From: Eledone cirrhosa
Taxonomy: Eukaryota
Length of the DNA stretch: 64,000 bases
NCBI GenBank assembly: GCA_964016885.1
Contig: OZ024742.1
Span: forward strand, 261,764,001-261,828,000
Reading direction: 5' to 3'
The notes below the pieces were generated by a model, which was not told the origin of the DNA, made no database searches, and was given only the letters and a program-made list of their open reading frames with translations. This document shows positions 38,215 through 54,096 of this stretch, piece by piece. Position numbers and translations under genes: made by a program. Within the stretch, counting starts at the first letter, position 1. Every line of letters starts with the position of its first letter.

Positions 38215-39748
38215 GGAAAATTTGAACAGGAACAAAACAGAGAGGCAGTACAACGAATGTTTATTAATTTCACGCTCTTGAGAGTAGGGTGTATGTGTAT
38301 ATGTGTGTGTATGTATACTGGTACTTTATTTTATCGACGCCGTAAAGCGTATATATATATATATATATATATATATACTGGTACTTTATTTTATCGACCC
38401 CTTACGGCGTCGATATATATATATATATATATACACACACATCTCTCAAATGTGCATGCTATCCGAATGTGTTATTGCATCATATATGCGTCATTGGAGT
38501 ATGTATATGAATATGTGTGTGCACTATGTGTGTGCAGTGTATATCTATTTATATATCATTCCAGGCAATTCACAGCCGGCGTCATTCCAAACCAACAGCA
38601 GTATATGAAGAGAGAGTGAAAGCTTACGACAAAAATATAAAGAGAAAGACAGAAACTAGATAGATAGATAGATAGAGAGAATAAGAAGACAAATTGGAGG
38701 AAAGATAGAAAGGTTATGGAGACGTTTGCGACGAATGTTTTTGCTTCCTTTTTGTCGTTTCGTTTTCGGTGGCTTTTATTTTATTCATTTAGTTTTTTTA
38801 ATTTCTGTTCCGCGTCAACACGCCGGCGCACCTCTTAACTCCCTATTCACACCGTTACCTCTACCTTCTGTATTAATATATTTCTTTACTCGTTCCACTA
38901 CTCCCTCTACATTATGTATTACTATATATCTTCACTCAACCTGTTACCTCCCCTCTCGCTTCTATTTTACTAGATCTCTTCACTCATTCCAATATTTCTC
39001 CTCCTCTTTAACTATATTTACTTTATCCAACAAGCCTGATACTACTACTTTCCCCCTCTCTCTCCATATTACTCTTTTCGTCACCACACATTTCTATTTC
39101 CACATAACTTTACCACTCCGCCTCAATTAAATCTGCACATCTCTATATCTTGTTTATCTCCTTCTTTGTGCTGCTTGTTTTGTCGTTAAAACACTTTCTC
39201 CTCCTCTTCCCTGTGAGTGCGTGTCTGGGTATTCGTTCGTCTATTTATGTACGCGCGTGACTTCCTCCACCCAGAGTGTGTGTGTGTACGCCTATCTTTT
39301 CTGTTTCAATAAAATATGCCTGATTGCATATGCATAAATATCAGCTTTTGATTCTCGTCTATATATGTATGTCTCGACTACTAAATGCGCGCATGTAAAC
39401 GATAGTACAGCACAAATCAATAAATCAATTCATTATACATACAAACGCGCATATATATATATATCGATGGTTGTGAGTGAAATGGGCTTTGCATATGAGT
39501 GATGCTTGCATATATTATAATAATAAAAATTATTGTGTACGGTGCTCTGAATTTGTTCGAATAAAACATTTTAAAATATAGAGAATGCTCTTTTGATTAT
39601 ATATTAATTTGCTTCATACAATCAACTGTTATGTTTGGCTAGAAAAAAAAAGCATATGCACATATTCGTACGTGTGAGTGAGTACTTGCACTCAACTATT
39701 CATTTTCCTTTGTGTTCATGCTCATCCTCTTTCCCTTATAATTGAAAG

Positions 39749-39805
39749 TCTCGTGAGATTGCAATTATGTTAATGAGCTCGTTTTTTTCTGTTTCAGCCA
39801 ATCAG
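39749..39805 (+). promoter_or_regulatory. Candidate proximal promoter of the hnRNP gene
   Basis: NF-Y-type AGCCAATCAG (CCAAT at 39798-39802) and near-palindrome TCTCGTGAGA (39749-39758), ~370-420 bp upstream of the ATG. Confidence 0.5.
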
Positions 39806-40172
39806 AAACAGGCTATTTGAGTTTGGCTTAAGGAATTACATTTAGAATTTTTTTCGTTACTCTAGACACGACATTGTCAGCGCCAAGCACGCTGCCAAAG
39901 GTCTCTATTTTTTTTAGGGGCTTAGCTTCATTTTTTTTAGGGCTTATAAAACATTTTTTAAATATATTTATATACATTTAAACACCATCGTGTAAGAAGA
40001 CAGTGTTTAACTTTTTTAAATCTCTTTTTGCTACATTTCTCGTGAGTGTCGCAAGTACCCCCCTCCCCAGCACTTTCATTTAAAGATATATCTATATCAT
40101 ATAGATAGATATCATTTCACTAAATATATAATATAGATAGCTTTAGATAGTCATATATATATATATACACAC

Positions 40173-40339
40173 ATGGCAGAATTCCAGACTGATACTGTGG
40201 AGATGGACGGAGAAAATGGAGCTAACAACATTGACGGCCACGAAAATGTGGAGAAAGCCGTCACTACATTTGAGGAGTCGGCGGCAATGGAGACAGTAGA
40301 TGGAGAGGAAAGTAAAGGCAATGATGATGAAGATAGTAG
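40173..40339 (+). CDS. sqd: Squid/hnRNP A/B/D-like RNA-binding protein, first coding exon
   Basis: ACATGG start context; acidic N-terminus MAEFQTDTVEMDGENGANN...SKGNDDEDS; AG|GTGAGA donor in phase 2, joining 61082 to give DDEDSRKLFVGGLSWETT. Confidence 0.82.
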
Positions 40340-40384
40340 GTGAGATTTATTTTTAATATCTTATATTGGTAATATGTTATTAAA

Positions 40385-40419
<35 letters not shown>

Positions 40420-41540
40420 TATATTTAATCCTCATAACGCACCTTTATTCTTCATTCCCTTATACATCTGAAACCTTTAAACTCCTTGTAAGTTCAACTC
40501 GAAGCTATTCGATTCTGTGACCCGGTTTCGATTCCATCTTGTTACACTTTCACATCATTTAATGTTTCAACTGTTCTTTATAATAGAATGAACATCACAT
40601 CTTAACCCCCTCCCTCCCTCTTTCCACCCGTTTCTGCCTTTTTTCATAGATGGTTTTTGACGATTGAAATTTACGATCAGATTTCGTTTCTTAATTTGTA
40701 ACTATTTCATATTACTGATTTTCTCTGTACACATATATTTGAAGCTTTGTTCCTATATAAGAATTCCCTATAACTCTTTTTAATGAGAGCTTTGAATGCT
40801 ACAACTGTTTAATTATTCAAATGATAATCACATTTCTCGAAACATGTATAAAAAGCATTCGGGTTGTGTAGCTTAAATCACCTCAGCGGGACATCGTTTT
40901 GAATAAACTAAAACCCACGCCTCGGGTTCGAGTCTGGATTAAGATAGCTTCACTTCGAACTTTGGTGGATGCATCGAGTCAAAAAATTGCCTTTTCTATT
41001 TCATAATCTATGCCAACATATAAAGTTTTAAAAATATTTTTATGGTCACTGAATTAGTAAAACTGTCTGTTGCATTTTGACTTCGTCTATATAATAAATA
41101 GTGTGAACCGTGAAAGCAGGAACATTTGAGGAATATATGACAAATAGAAAAAAATAGCTATCGCAATAAAAGGAGTAGTATTGATTATACTGCGACGTGA
41201 AATAAAATGAGAGTAATAAATAGTTTTAGTCTTGTTTTTCTACGTCAACATATTTGATGTTATATTCCGCCGGGATCGATATAAAAAAACAAAAACTATG
41301 AGTAATGTCAATCCAGTTTACCCACAACCTTTGTAAGAATTATGCCTTGTGACCCAGTCAAAGGAAATTTATGTTGAAAATGGTTGAGGTTATAAGACTA
41401 TTTTCCGGATCATGAGTTGATAATTGTGTTGTGTCCCTTGGCAAGATACGTAACTCTACTTGCCTTTGTTATTACTAATAATTACAGTTGTAGGATAGCC
41501 GCACGCACTGGTTTATTTACGATAACTATGATGGACCTGT

Positions 41541-42051
41541 ATTATTTCAGATCCCGCCGAGGTTGACTTTGCCTTTCATCCTTACGGGGTCGATAAAATA
41601 AAGTACCAGTAATGCACTGGGTAATTGCTGGCCTTGTGCCTAAAGTAGAAACAATTATTTCAGGTGGATTGGCAGTATCGGTAGAGGGTCGGACGCTATG
41701 CTTTGATGTATCGAGTTACGGCCTTTGCCATTCTGAGTTCGAATCCCGCCGAGGTTAACTTTGCCTTTCATCCTTACGGGGTCGATAAAATAAAGTACCA
41801 GTAATGCTCTGGGTAATTTCTGGCCTTGTGCCAAACGTAGAAACAATTATTTCAGGTTTGAATTGGCAGTAACGGTAGAGGGTTGGACGCCATGCTTTGA
41901 TGCATAGAGTTACGGCCCTTGCCATTCAGAGTTCAAATCCCGCCTAGGTTAACTTTGCCTTTCATCCTTACGGAGTCGATAAAATAAAGTACCAATAATG
42001 CACTGGAAAAATTGCTGGCCTTGTGCCCAAAGTAGAAACAATTATTTCAGG
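41541..42051 (+). mobile_element. Head-to-tail trimer of a tRNA-derived SINE (Meta-domain-like)
   Basis: A box TGGCAGTATCGG, B box GTTCGAATCC, core GCCTTTCATCCTTACGGGGTCGATAAAATAAAGTACC; units of 113, 192 and 195 bp. Confidence 0.85.
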
Positions 42052-43863
42052 TTTGATCATTCTCCATCTAAGTAATAGTAATATACCGTAGTCATTTAAT
42101 TGACTTTTATGTTGATGGAGTGATACGGATTAAATGCATTTGATATGCTTACTTTTTTTCCTGTTCGGTTTCGAGTTCAAATCTTGTCAGAATCAATTGG
42201 GCCTTTCATGGACAGTCGCGATACTGGACTTATATACCGTTATATTAATATACTGTTGCCCGATTTCTCACAAATGTTTCTAAACACAAGTAAAACTTAA
42301 ATAATTAAAATTATTCCACATGATGATTATGATACGAAGAGAGAAAAGAAACATTTGTTTACTTTATATATAAAAAAAAAAGGAAAATAAGAGGGGAGCG
42401 GTGTTTAGTTATGTCCCTTTATATTTTGAGATAAAGGTGCTCGTGTACTGAAGTGATTTAATCAACTCTTCTTCCTTATACCCAATTTTGTGGTTTTGTG
42501 TCTAAAAAGAATCATTTGATAGTGTACTAACCTAGTGGTAACTGGTCTTAACATTGTATCTTTCCGTTATAAAATGACCTAGTATTAGGGTGTTGAACTC
42601 AATCATAAAATCGGTGCGTTGTGTTCTTGAGCAAAATACTTTTTCACGCTGCACCTTCTGCCAGGAGTTGCGACTGACAGTATAAGAAATGAAAAGACCA
42701 ATTAGAAACAACTGTTTCTTTGGTCCAATCTAACGATTGGTCTCTTTGTTTTGCTAGGAGTTGCAACCGAAATCAGCATTGAAAAATCCAATGGAAACCG
42801 TTTTTCTTTTGTGCCTCTGAAAGTCGGCTCCTTTTTTCCATTTTGAGAAAAGCAGTAGGTATCATAGTGATGTTAATGATAATATAGTGGACTAGTAATT
42901 GTGCACCGTTGTGGTAAATATATTGGTTGTACTAATTCTGTAGCAATAATGATGTAATAAACAGCGTTGTAGTTTAGAAGTAATGATAAAGTCCTGACAA
43001 TACAAAAACATTAAATTGTGCACTAAGTAACGGAAGTGCACAGATATATATTTATAATACAGAAACAGAAAAGTGGAAATGATTTGGCAATCAAAACAAA
43101 AAAAATAATCTGAAGAAGGTAGTCTGTCTGCAAAAATAATTTAGTAATGTGGATGTATTTGCATGCTGTGGAAAGACGATAGTATTTACGTTTTGCATAT
43201 TTTTCAGTTTATTTTATAATTGCAATATCGTAATTATATTGTAGAAATAGTGTTCTATTAAACTAATTATTGTAGTTTGTAAAATGATAAGGAACCCAGC
43301 TGTGGAATCCATGTCAAAACCAGAAGGTATGTAAACAAGACGTGGCTCCCGAACCGTTAGGGAGGTCAATCGCTCCAATTATGTACTGTGACGATGAGGC
43401 CAACACAGGAAAACGTGCGGTTGATGATGATCAGGTTCATGATGAAAATGCAGGCCACCATCCACGACAATTTCATCTTTTATTCCAGATATTATTGCAT
43501 CATTATCCAATAAGTCCTCTTTTCCTTTTAAGATGGTTTGGAATGATTTGAGGGGAATTTGGCTACGATTTTTAGAAGATCAAACGACTATTCAGTGTTT
43601 TTTTTCCCTTGGCTGGAGGAATTGTAGTAATATAATTGTGTTGATATTAATAATGTGGTAGTACTATGATGAAATGAGTTTATACCATTGACAGGAACTT
43701 TCACTTTTAGTGTAGAAGTGTTACCTTACTAGTCCTTTCCTCAGATTACACACATCTGTAATGTGTTCAGATGCTTAGCTAACACATTAGCTTCAATTTT
43801 AAACTATTAAATCATCTCTTCGCTTCCTGGTTTCTGCTGAAGCGGGCTCGCACGCACACACAC

Positions 43864-43904
<41 letters not shown>

Positions 43905-45639
43905 ATGTGTGTATATGCATATCATCAACTTATCTATGCTAGGATGGGTTGGACGAGACGTCTTGAGGCAATGTTTTATAGCCGGCTGCTCTTCCTGACA
44001 TATATTTTAGTTGCTTCTTAGTTTATACACATGCGCGGACATAACTACAAACACATACACACACATATATATAATGTGTGTGTGTTTGTAGTTATGTCCC
44101 AATTCAGCAAGAGGCCAATAAAATATGTATTGGGATTGATATGACTGAAATAAGTGAAACAGTATGTGTATGTATATATACATACACACGTCAGATTTAA
44201 GAACACTGGTGGGAATGGGTTTCGAGATATCCATGCTGTGTAACATGTTAAATATTTAATTCATATTTTATGAATAAATCTATTTGGTTGTAATTGAACA
44301 CGGCTCAGCAATTTTGTCAATTTTTCAACATTGTATGAAACATATATATATAGTCGAGTTTCTTCTGAGTATTTCTGTTAACGAAGAATTTGAGTTGTAC
44401 TTATTAATTGAACTAATAATGGCCCCATGAATCCATCAAATCGAAAAAAATGTTCATAGGTGCCCTAGCCACCCATTCCTTAACATATAAATTAAGAATT
44501 TGGTATTTCTTGAAAAGATATTTTAAATAATTTCATCTGAAAGCCATTGCAGCTGGCGTAGTTCATACAGACAGGAAGCCCAATCACCACAGGGTGCATT
44601 GCTGCATCTTGTTCACTTAAACTCAATCACTGTCTTTATCTTCTATTCATTGGTTTGCAAACACCACTATTATGATTGATGTATGATTTAAAAATGTGAA
44701 TACAATTATTTAAAAAGAATTGTGTATTTGAAATGTTCCAAATGTTTTTGCTTTGTAAAGGTGAGAAGAGTTGGCGATTTCAGTTCTTATCACTTCTGTT
44801 ACATTGCTAATGATACTCTAAGGAAAGGCATGCTGTTTTCTCTTTGCCAATTTTCATGGCCTTGTGCTTTTCATTATTTTATTGCTTCTTATACCAAATA
44901 AACATCTTACAACCATTCCAAAATTGGTTTTGATGATGATGGATTGAGACAGATTAAATGTATTTCATATGCTTATTTTTGTTCTGTTTAGTTTTGAGTT
45001 CAAATCTTGTTTGGATCAATTGGGCCTCTCCTGAAACCCACATTGAAAAATAAGCACTTGTTACATATTAAATAAACATTCTCTAATCATTCCAAATTTA
45101 ACTTTGATATTAATGGTGAGATGCACTGATTTGCATTTATGCTTACTTACATCATGCTTGGTTTTGAGTTCAAATTCTGTCTGGATCAATTGGGATGATG
45201 AATATCCAGTTTCGTGTTTTAGACAATTCAGCCACTGTATTCTTGGATAACCAAAGAAATCAATATATATATATCATTTTACATCCACTTTTCCAATCTG
45301 GCATAGGTTGGGCAATGTTTTGAGACACGGTTTTACAGCCAGATGTCCTTTCTGATGTCAATCCATTTAGATGCTTCTTATGACATGCAGGAGTATATAT
45401 AATAAATATCATTATTTGATAAGGTTAACATGACCAATCGAAAAATGTAATATTTGATTAAAACAAATTCATTTAATTTAGCAAATATAGAAATGTTTTG
45501 TTGGATTAAAGAAAAACGAACCTTTAAATATTCTTATGTGCTTTTCCATTTTTACTTTTTACCTATAATCTTCAATTTGTATGGAACTTTACCCACCTTA
45601 TAAACTATGTGTGTGTGTGTGTATATGCTTGTATGCTTT

Positions 45640-46030
45640 ATTTTTACGGCTGGACGCCCTTCCTGATGCCAACCATTTTAGTGTGTATTGGGAGCATGGT
45701 TTCTATGGCTCGATGTCCTTCTAACACTAAACCATTGGGAGCATTTTATGGTGACTCCAGCACTATCACCTTACAGGTTGGACTGGGTGCTTTTCATGGT
45801 GGCACCAGCACTAGGGTCCTCATTGAACTTGGTCTTGATGGAGAGTCATTGGTGGGAGGAGGGGGTCTTGGTGGTGGCCTTGAACAAGTGGATAGGTGGT
45901 GGCCTTGAACAAGTGGATAGGTGGTGTTTGTCATTTTGGTGTGTGCTAGGCTTGGGCAGGTGTTGGAGATGGAAGGTGAATTAATGAAGGTTCTTCTTAG
46001 AGCTTTCCATGCTAGCATGGGTTGGGTGAA
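45640..46030 (-). mobile_element. RTE 3' UTR-derived fragments
   Basis: TACGGCTGGACGCCCTTCCTGATGCCAACC and TTCCATGCTAGCATGGGTTGG match the RTE 3' UTR at 15100-15350. Confidence 0.6.
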
Positions 46031-46399
46031 GAAGTCGAGAGTATACTAGCAGGCAGGTGGTGGAGCTTATATAACACACACATATATATATAAATAAAAA
46101 CCAAGGTTTAATACATTATTTAATTGATTTACATATGTTTCATTCAAATACAGGAGAAGGTGACATTTAATTCAACTGTATAGAATAGATAATATATGCT
46201 ACTATGATTGGAAATTTACAAATTGGATTTAACTCTGAACTGTCTTTATTAATCTTGCTGAGGATAATAAAATCACATTAGAGCTTTGAATATCTGACTG
46301 CCTTATACAGTTGTATTATCAGCTCATTTAATCTACCTTATATATATATATATGTATGTATGTATACACGAAAGTTATGACAAGGATTATTATTAAAAC

Positions 46400-46475
46400 A
46401 TTTAATAGACTTACGAACGTTTCGCTAGACTGACAAAGTTCGTTCCAGTAAGAATAGCTCATCAGTCAATTAAAT
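46400..46475 (-). ncRNA. Candidate type I hammerhead ribozyme
   Basis: Minus strand: AUUUAAUUGA CUGAUGA GCUA-(27 nt)-UAGC GAAAC guucguaa GUC UAUUAAAU. Core boxes are intact and stem II is paired; stem III is minimal and stem I is bulged. Confidence 0.6.
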
Positions 46476-46948
46476 ATACACAATTTACCTTACAGTGGGA
46501 GAAATCAACGAAGTTGTAAATAATTGTTTCTACTTTTGGCACAAGGCCAGCAATTATCCCAGTGTATTATTGGTACTATCGATCGCGTAAGGATGAAAGG
46601 CAAAGTTAACGAAGTTATAAATAATTACGTTTAAATATAGGGAAAACGTTGTGTATAATATGTATATATTATATATATACCATATTATATATATACCGGG
46701 GTCGATAAAATAAAGTACCATACCAGTAATGCACTGGATAATTGCTGGCCTTGTCTCAAAAGTAGAAACAATTATATATATATATATACCATGTACCAGT
46801 CGAAGAATATGTGACAACAAAATTAATGGAAGAGGACGGCTTATATTCGAGTATATACGGTATATAATGGAAACAACAAAGCAAACAATGAAGAAATATT
46901 AGTTTACTACTTGAGATAGTAGGAAAGAGTCTTTACGCCCCCCCCCCC

Positions 46949-47148
46949 NNNNNNNNNNNNNNNNNNNNNNNNNNNNNNNNNNNNNNNNNNNNNNNNNNNN
47001 NNNNNNNNNNNNNNNNNNNNNNNNNNNNNNNNNNNNNNNNNNNNNNNNNNNNNNNNNNNNNNNNNNNNNNNNNNNNNNNNNNNNNNNNNNNNNNNNNNNN
47101 NNNNNNNNNNNNNNNNNNNNNNNNNNNNNNNNNNNNNNNNNNNNNNNN
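46949..47148. other. Assembly gap (200 N)
   Basis: Run of N. Confidence 1.
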
Positions 47149-47236
47149 ATATATATATATATTTATATATATATATATTTATATATGTATGTATATGTAT
47201 ATATATATATATTTATATATAATATATTTATATATG

Positions 47237-47267
<31 letters not shown>

Positions 47268-47278
47268 ATTTATATATG

Positions 47279-47313
<35 letters not shown>

Positions 47314-47765
47314 TTATATATGTATGTATATATATATGTATATATATATATATTTATATATGTATATATATATATATTTATATATGTATATATATATATA
47401 TTTATATACGTATATATATATATATGTATATATATATATAATATTTATATACGTATGTATATATATATATATTTGTATATATATATATATATATTTGTAT
47501 ATATATATATATATATATATTTGTATATATATATATATATTTGTATATGTATATATATATATATATTTGTATATATATATATATATATATATTTGTATAT
47601 ATATATATATATATTTGTATATATATATATATTTATATATGTATGTATGTATATGTATGTATATGTATGTATGTATATATTTATGTATGTATGTATATAT
47701 TTATGTATGTATGTATATATATTTATGTATGTATATATATTTTATGTATTATATATATATATATG

Positions 47766-47833
<68 letters not shown>

Positions 47834-49187
47834 TATATGTATGTATATATGTATGTATGTATATATGTATGTATGTATATATGTATGTATATATGTATAT
47901 ATGTATGTATGTATATATATATATATATGTATGTATATATATATATATATGTATGTATATATATATATATATGTATATATATATTTATATATGTATATAT
48001 ATTTATATATGTATATATATATATGTATATATATATATTTATATATGTATATATATATTTATATATGTATATATATATATATTTATATATGTATATATAT
48101 ATATATTTATATATGTATATATATATATATTTATATATGTATATATATATATATATTTATATATGTATATATTTATATATGTATATATATATATATTTTA
48201 TATATGTATATATTTATATATTATATATATATATATTTATATATGTATATATATATATAATTATATATGTATATATATATATATTTATATATGTATATAT
48301 ATATATATTTATATATGTATATATATATATATTTATATATGTATATATATATATATTTATATATATTTATGTATGTATGTATATATATATGTATGTATAT
48401 ATATATATGTATGTATGTATGTATATATATATATGTATATATATATATTTATATATGTATGTATATATATATATGTATATATTTATATATTTATATATGT
48501 ATGTATATATATATATGTATATATGTATATATATATATATTTATATATGTATGTATATATATATGTATATATATATATATTTATATATGTATATATATAT
48601 ATATATTTATATATGTATGTATATATATATGTATATATATATATATTTATATATGTATGTATATATATATGTATATATATATATATTTATATATGTATGT
48701 ATATATATATGTATATATATATATATATGTATATATATGTATATATATATATATTTATATATGTATGTATATATATATGTATATATATATTTATATATGT
48801 ATGTATATATATATATGTATATATATATATATTTATATATGTATGTATATATATATGTATATATATATATATTTATATGTATGTATATATATATGTATAT
48901 ATATATATATTTATATATGTATGTATATATATATATGTATATATATATATTTATATATGTATGTATATATATATGTATATATATATATATTTATATATGT
49001 ATGTATATATATATGTATATATATATATATTTATATATATTTATATATATATATATTTATATATATATATATTTATATATTTATATATATATATATTTAT
49101 ATATGTATATATATGTATATATATATATATATTTATATATGTATATATATGTATATATATATATATATTTATATATGTATATATATG

Positions 49188-49218
<31 letters not shown>

Positions 49219-49903
49219 ATTTATATATGTATATATATGTATATATATATATATATTTATATATGTATGTATGTATATATATATGTATATATATATATAT
49301 TTATATATGTATGTATATATATATGGTATATATATATATATTTATGTATGTATATATATATGTATATATATATTTATATATGTAATGTATATATATATGT
49401 ATATATATATTTATATATGTATGTATATATATATGTATATATATATTTATATATGTATGTATATATATATATATTTATATATGTATGTATATATATATAT
49501 GTATATATATATATATTTATATATGTATGTATATATATATGTATATATATATATATATTTATATATGTATGTATATATATATGTATATATATATATATTT
49601 ATATATATATATATTATATATGTATATATATATATATTTATATATATATATATTTATATATGTATATATATATATATTTATATATATATATATTTATATA
49701 TGTATATATATATATATATATATTTATTTATATATGTATGTATATATGTATATATATATATATTTATTTATATATGTATGTATATATATATGTATATATA
49801 TATATATTTATATATGTATGTATATATATATGTATATATATATATATTTATATATGTATGTATATATATATATGTATATATATATATATTTTATATATGT
49901 ATG

Positions 49904-49934
<31 letters not shown>

Positions 49935-50057
49935 GTATGTATATATATATGTATATATATATATATTTATATATGTATGTATATATATATGTATATATAT
50001 ATATATTTATATATATATATATTTATATATGTATATATATATATATATTTATATATG

Positions 50058-50093
<36 letters not shown>

Positions 50094-50131
50094 TATATAT
50101 GTATATATATATATATATTTATATATGTATG

Positions 50132-50163
<32 letters not shown>

Positions 50164-50497
50164 TATATATGTATGTATATATATATGTATATATATATTT
50201 ATATATGTATGTATATATATATGTATATATATATATTTATATACGTATGTATATATATATATATTTATATATGTATGTATATATATTTATATACGTATGT
50301 ATATATATATATATTTATATATGTATGTATATATATATATATATATTTGTATATATGTATATATATATATATTTGTATATATGTATATATATATATATTT
50401 GTATATATATATATATATATATTTGTATATATATATAATATATATATTTGTATATATATATATATATATATTTGTATATATATACATATATATATTT

Positions 50498-50531
50498 CTA
50501 ACCCTAACCCTAACCCTAACCCTAACCCTAA
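50498..50531. repeat. Interstitial telomeric repeat (CCCTAA)5
   Basis: CTAA(CCCTAA)5 followed by GAGAGTGCCGTGTAG. Confidence 0.9.
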
Positions 50532-50833
50532 GAGAGTGCCGTGTAGTATATATATATATATGTATGTATGTATATTTATGTATGTATGTATATATATTTA
50601 TGTATGTATGTATATATATTTATGTATGTATATATATATGTATGTATATATATATGTATGTATATATATATTATGTATGTATATATATATGTATGTATAT
50701 ATATTTATGTATGTATATATATTTATGTATGTATGTATATATATTTATGTATGTATGTATATATATTTATGTATGTATATATATTTATGTATGTATATAT
50801 ATTTATGTATGTATATATATATATATATGTATG

Positions 50834-50867
<34 letters not shown>

Positions 50868-50869
50868 TG

Positions 50870-50900
<31 letters not shown>

Positions 50901-51996
50901 ATGTATGTATGTATGTATGTATGTATATATATGTATGTATGTATATATATATATGTATGTATATATATATATATGTATGTATATATATATATATATGTAT
51001 GTATATATATATATATGTATATATATATATTTATATATGTATGTATATATATATGTGTATATATATATATTTATATATGTATGTATATATATATGTATAT
51101 ATATATTTATATATGTATGTATATATATATGTATATATATATTTATATATGTATGTATATATATATATGTATATATATATTTATATAATATGTATGTATA
51201 TATATATGTATATATATATTTATATATGTATGTATATATATATGTATATATATTTATATATGTATGTATATATATATGTATATATATTTATATATGTATG
51301 TATATATGTATAATATATATATTTATATATGTATATATATATGTATATATATATATTTATATATGTATGTATATATATATGTATATATATATTTATATAT
51401 GTATGTATATAAATATGTATATATATATTTATATATGTATGTATATATATATGTATATATATATTTATATATGTATGTATATATATATGTATATATATAT
51501 TTATATATGTATGTATATATATATGTATATATATATTTATATATGTATGTATATATATATGTATATATATATTTATATATGTATGTATATATATATGTAT
51601 ATATATATTTATATATGTATGTATATATTATAGTATATATATATTTATATATGTATGTATATATGTATATATGTATGTATATATATATGTATATATATAT
51701 TTATATATATATGTATGTATATATATATTTATATATATATGTATATATATATATATTTATATATATATGTATATATATATATATATTTATATATATATGT
51801 ATGTATATATATATGTTATATTATATATAATATTTATATATGTATGTATATATATATGTATATATATATATATTTATATATATTTATATATATATATATT
51901 TATATATGTATATATATGTATATATATATATATATATATTTATGTATGTATATATATATATGTATATATATATTTATTTATATATGTATGTATATA

Positions 51997-52027
<31 letters not shown>

Positions 52028-52124
52028 ATGTATGTATATATATATGTATATATATATATTTATATATGTATGTATATATATATGTATATATATATATATT
52101 TATATATATATATATTTATATATG

Positions 52125-52155
<31 letters not shown>

Positions 52156-52166
52156 ATTTATATATG

Positions 52167-52199
<33 letters not shown>

Positions 52200-52296
52200 T
52201 TATATATGTATGTATATATATATGTATATATATATATATTTATATATGTATATATATATATATTTATATATGTATATATATATATATTTATATACG

Positions 52297-52337
<41 letters not shown>

Positions 52338-52667
52338 ACGTATGTATATATATATATATTTGTATATATATATATATATATTTGTATATATATATATATA
52401 TATATATTTGTATATATATATATATATTTGTATATGTATATATATATATATATTTGTATATATATATATTATATATATTTGTATATATATATATATATAT
52501 ATTTGTATATATATATATATTTATATATGTATGTATGTATATGTATGTATATGTATGTATGTATATATTTATGTATTTATGTATGTATGTATATATATTT
52601 ATGTATGTATATATATTTATGTATGTATATATATATATATGTATATATATGTATGTATATATGTATG

Positions 52668-52718
<51 letters not shown>

Positions 52719-54064
52719 GTATGTATGTATATATGTATGTATGTATATATGTATGTATATATGTATATATGTATGTATGTATATATATATATATATGTAT
52801 GTATATATATATATATATGTATGTATATTATATATATATATGTATATATATATATTTATATATGTATATATATATTTATATATGTATATATATATATGTA
52901 TATATATATATTTATATATGTATATATATATTTATATATGTATATATATATATATTTATATATGTATATATATATATATTTATATATGTATATATATATA
53001 TATTTATATATGTATATATATATATATATTTATATATGTATATATTTATATATGTATATATATATATATTTATATATGTATATATTATATATGTATATAT
53101 ATATATATATTTATATATGTATATATATATATATTTATATATGTATATATATATATATTTATATATGTATATATATATATATTTATATATGTATATATAT
53201 ATATATTTATATATGTATATATTATATATTTATATATATTTATGTATGTATGTATATATATATGTATGTATATATATATATGTATGTATGTATGTATATA
53301 TATATATGTATATATATATATTTATATATGTATGTATATATATATGTATATATATATATATTTATATATGTATGTATATATATATATGTATATATGTATA
53401 TATATATATTTATATATGTATGTATATATATATGTATATATATATATATTTATTATATGTATATATATATATATATTTATATATGTATGTATATATATAT
53501 GTATATATATATATATTTATATATGTATGTATATATATATGTATATATATATATATTTATATATGTATGTATATATATGTATATATATATATATATGTAT
53601 ATATATGTATATATATATATATTTATATATGTATGTATATATATATGTATATATATATTTATATATGTATGTATATATATATATGTATATATATATATAT
53701 TTATATATGTATGTATATATATATGTATATATATATATATTTATATATGTATGTATATATATATGTATATATATATATATTTATATATGTATGTATATAT
53801 ATATATGTATATATATATATATTTATATATGTATGTATATATATATGTATATATATATATATTTATATATGTATGTATATATATATGTAATATATATATA
53901 TTTATATATATATATATTTATATATATATATATTTATATATATATATATTTATATATTTATATATATATATATTTATATATGTATATATATGTATATATA
54001 TATATATATTTATATATGTATATATATGTATATATATATATATATTTATATATGTATATATATG

Positions 54065-54096
<32 letters not shown>

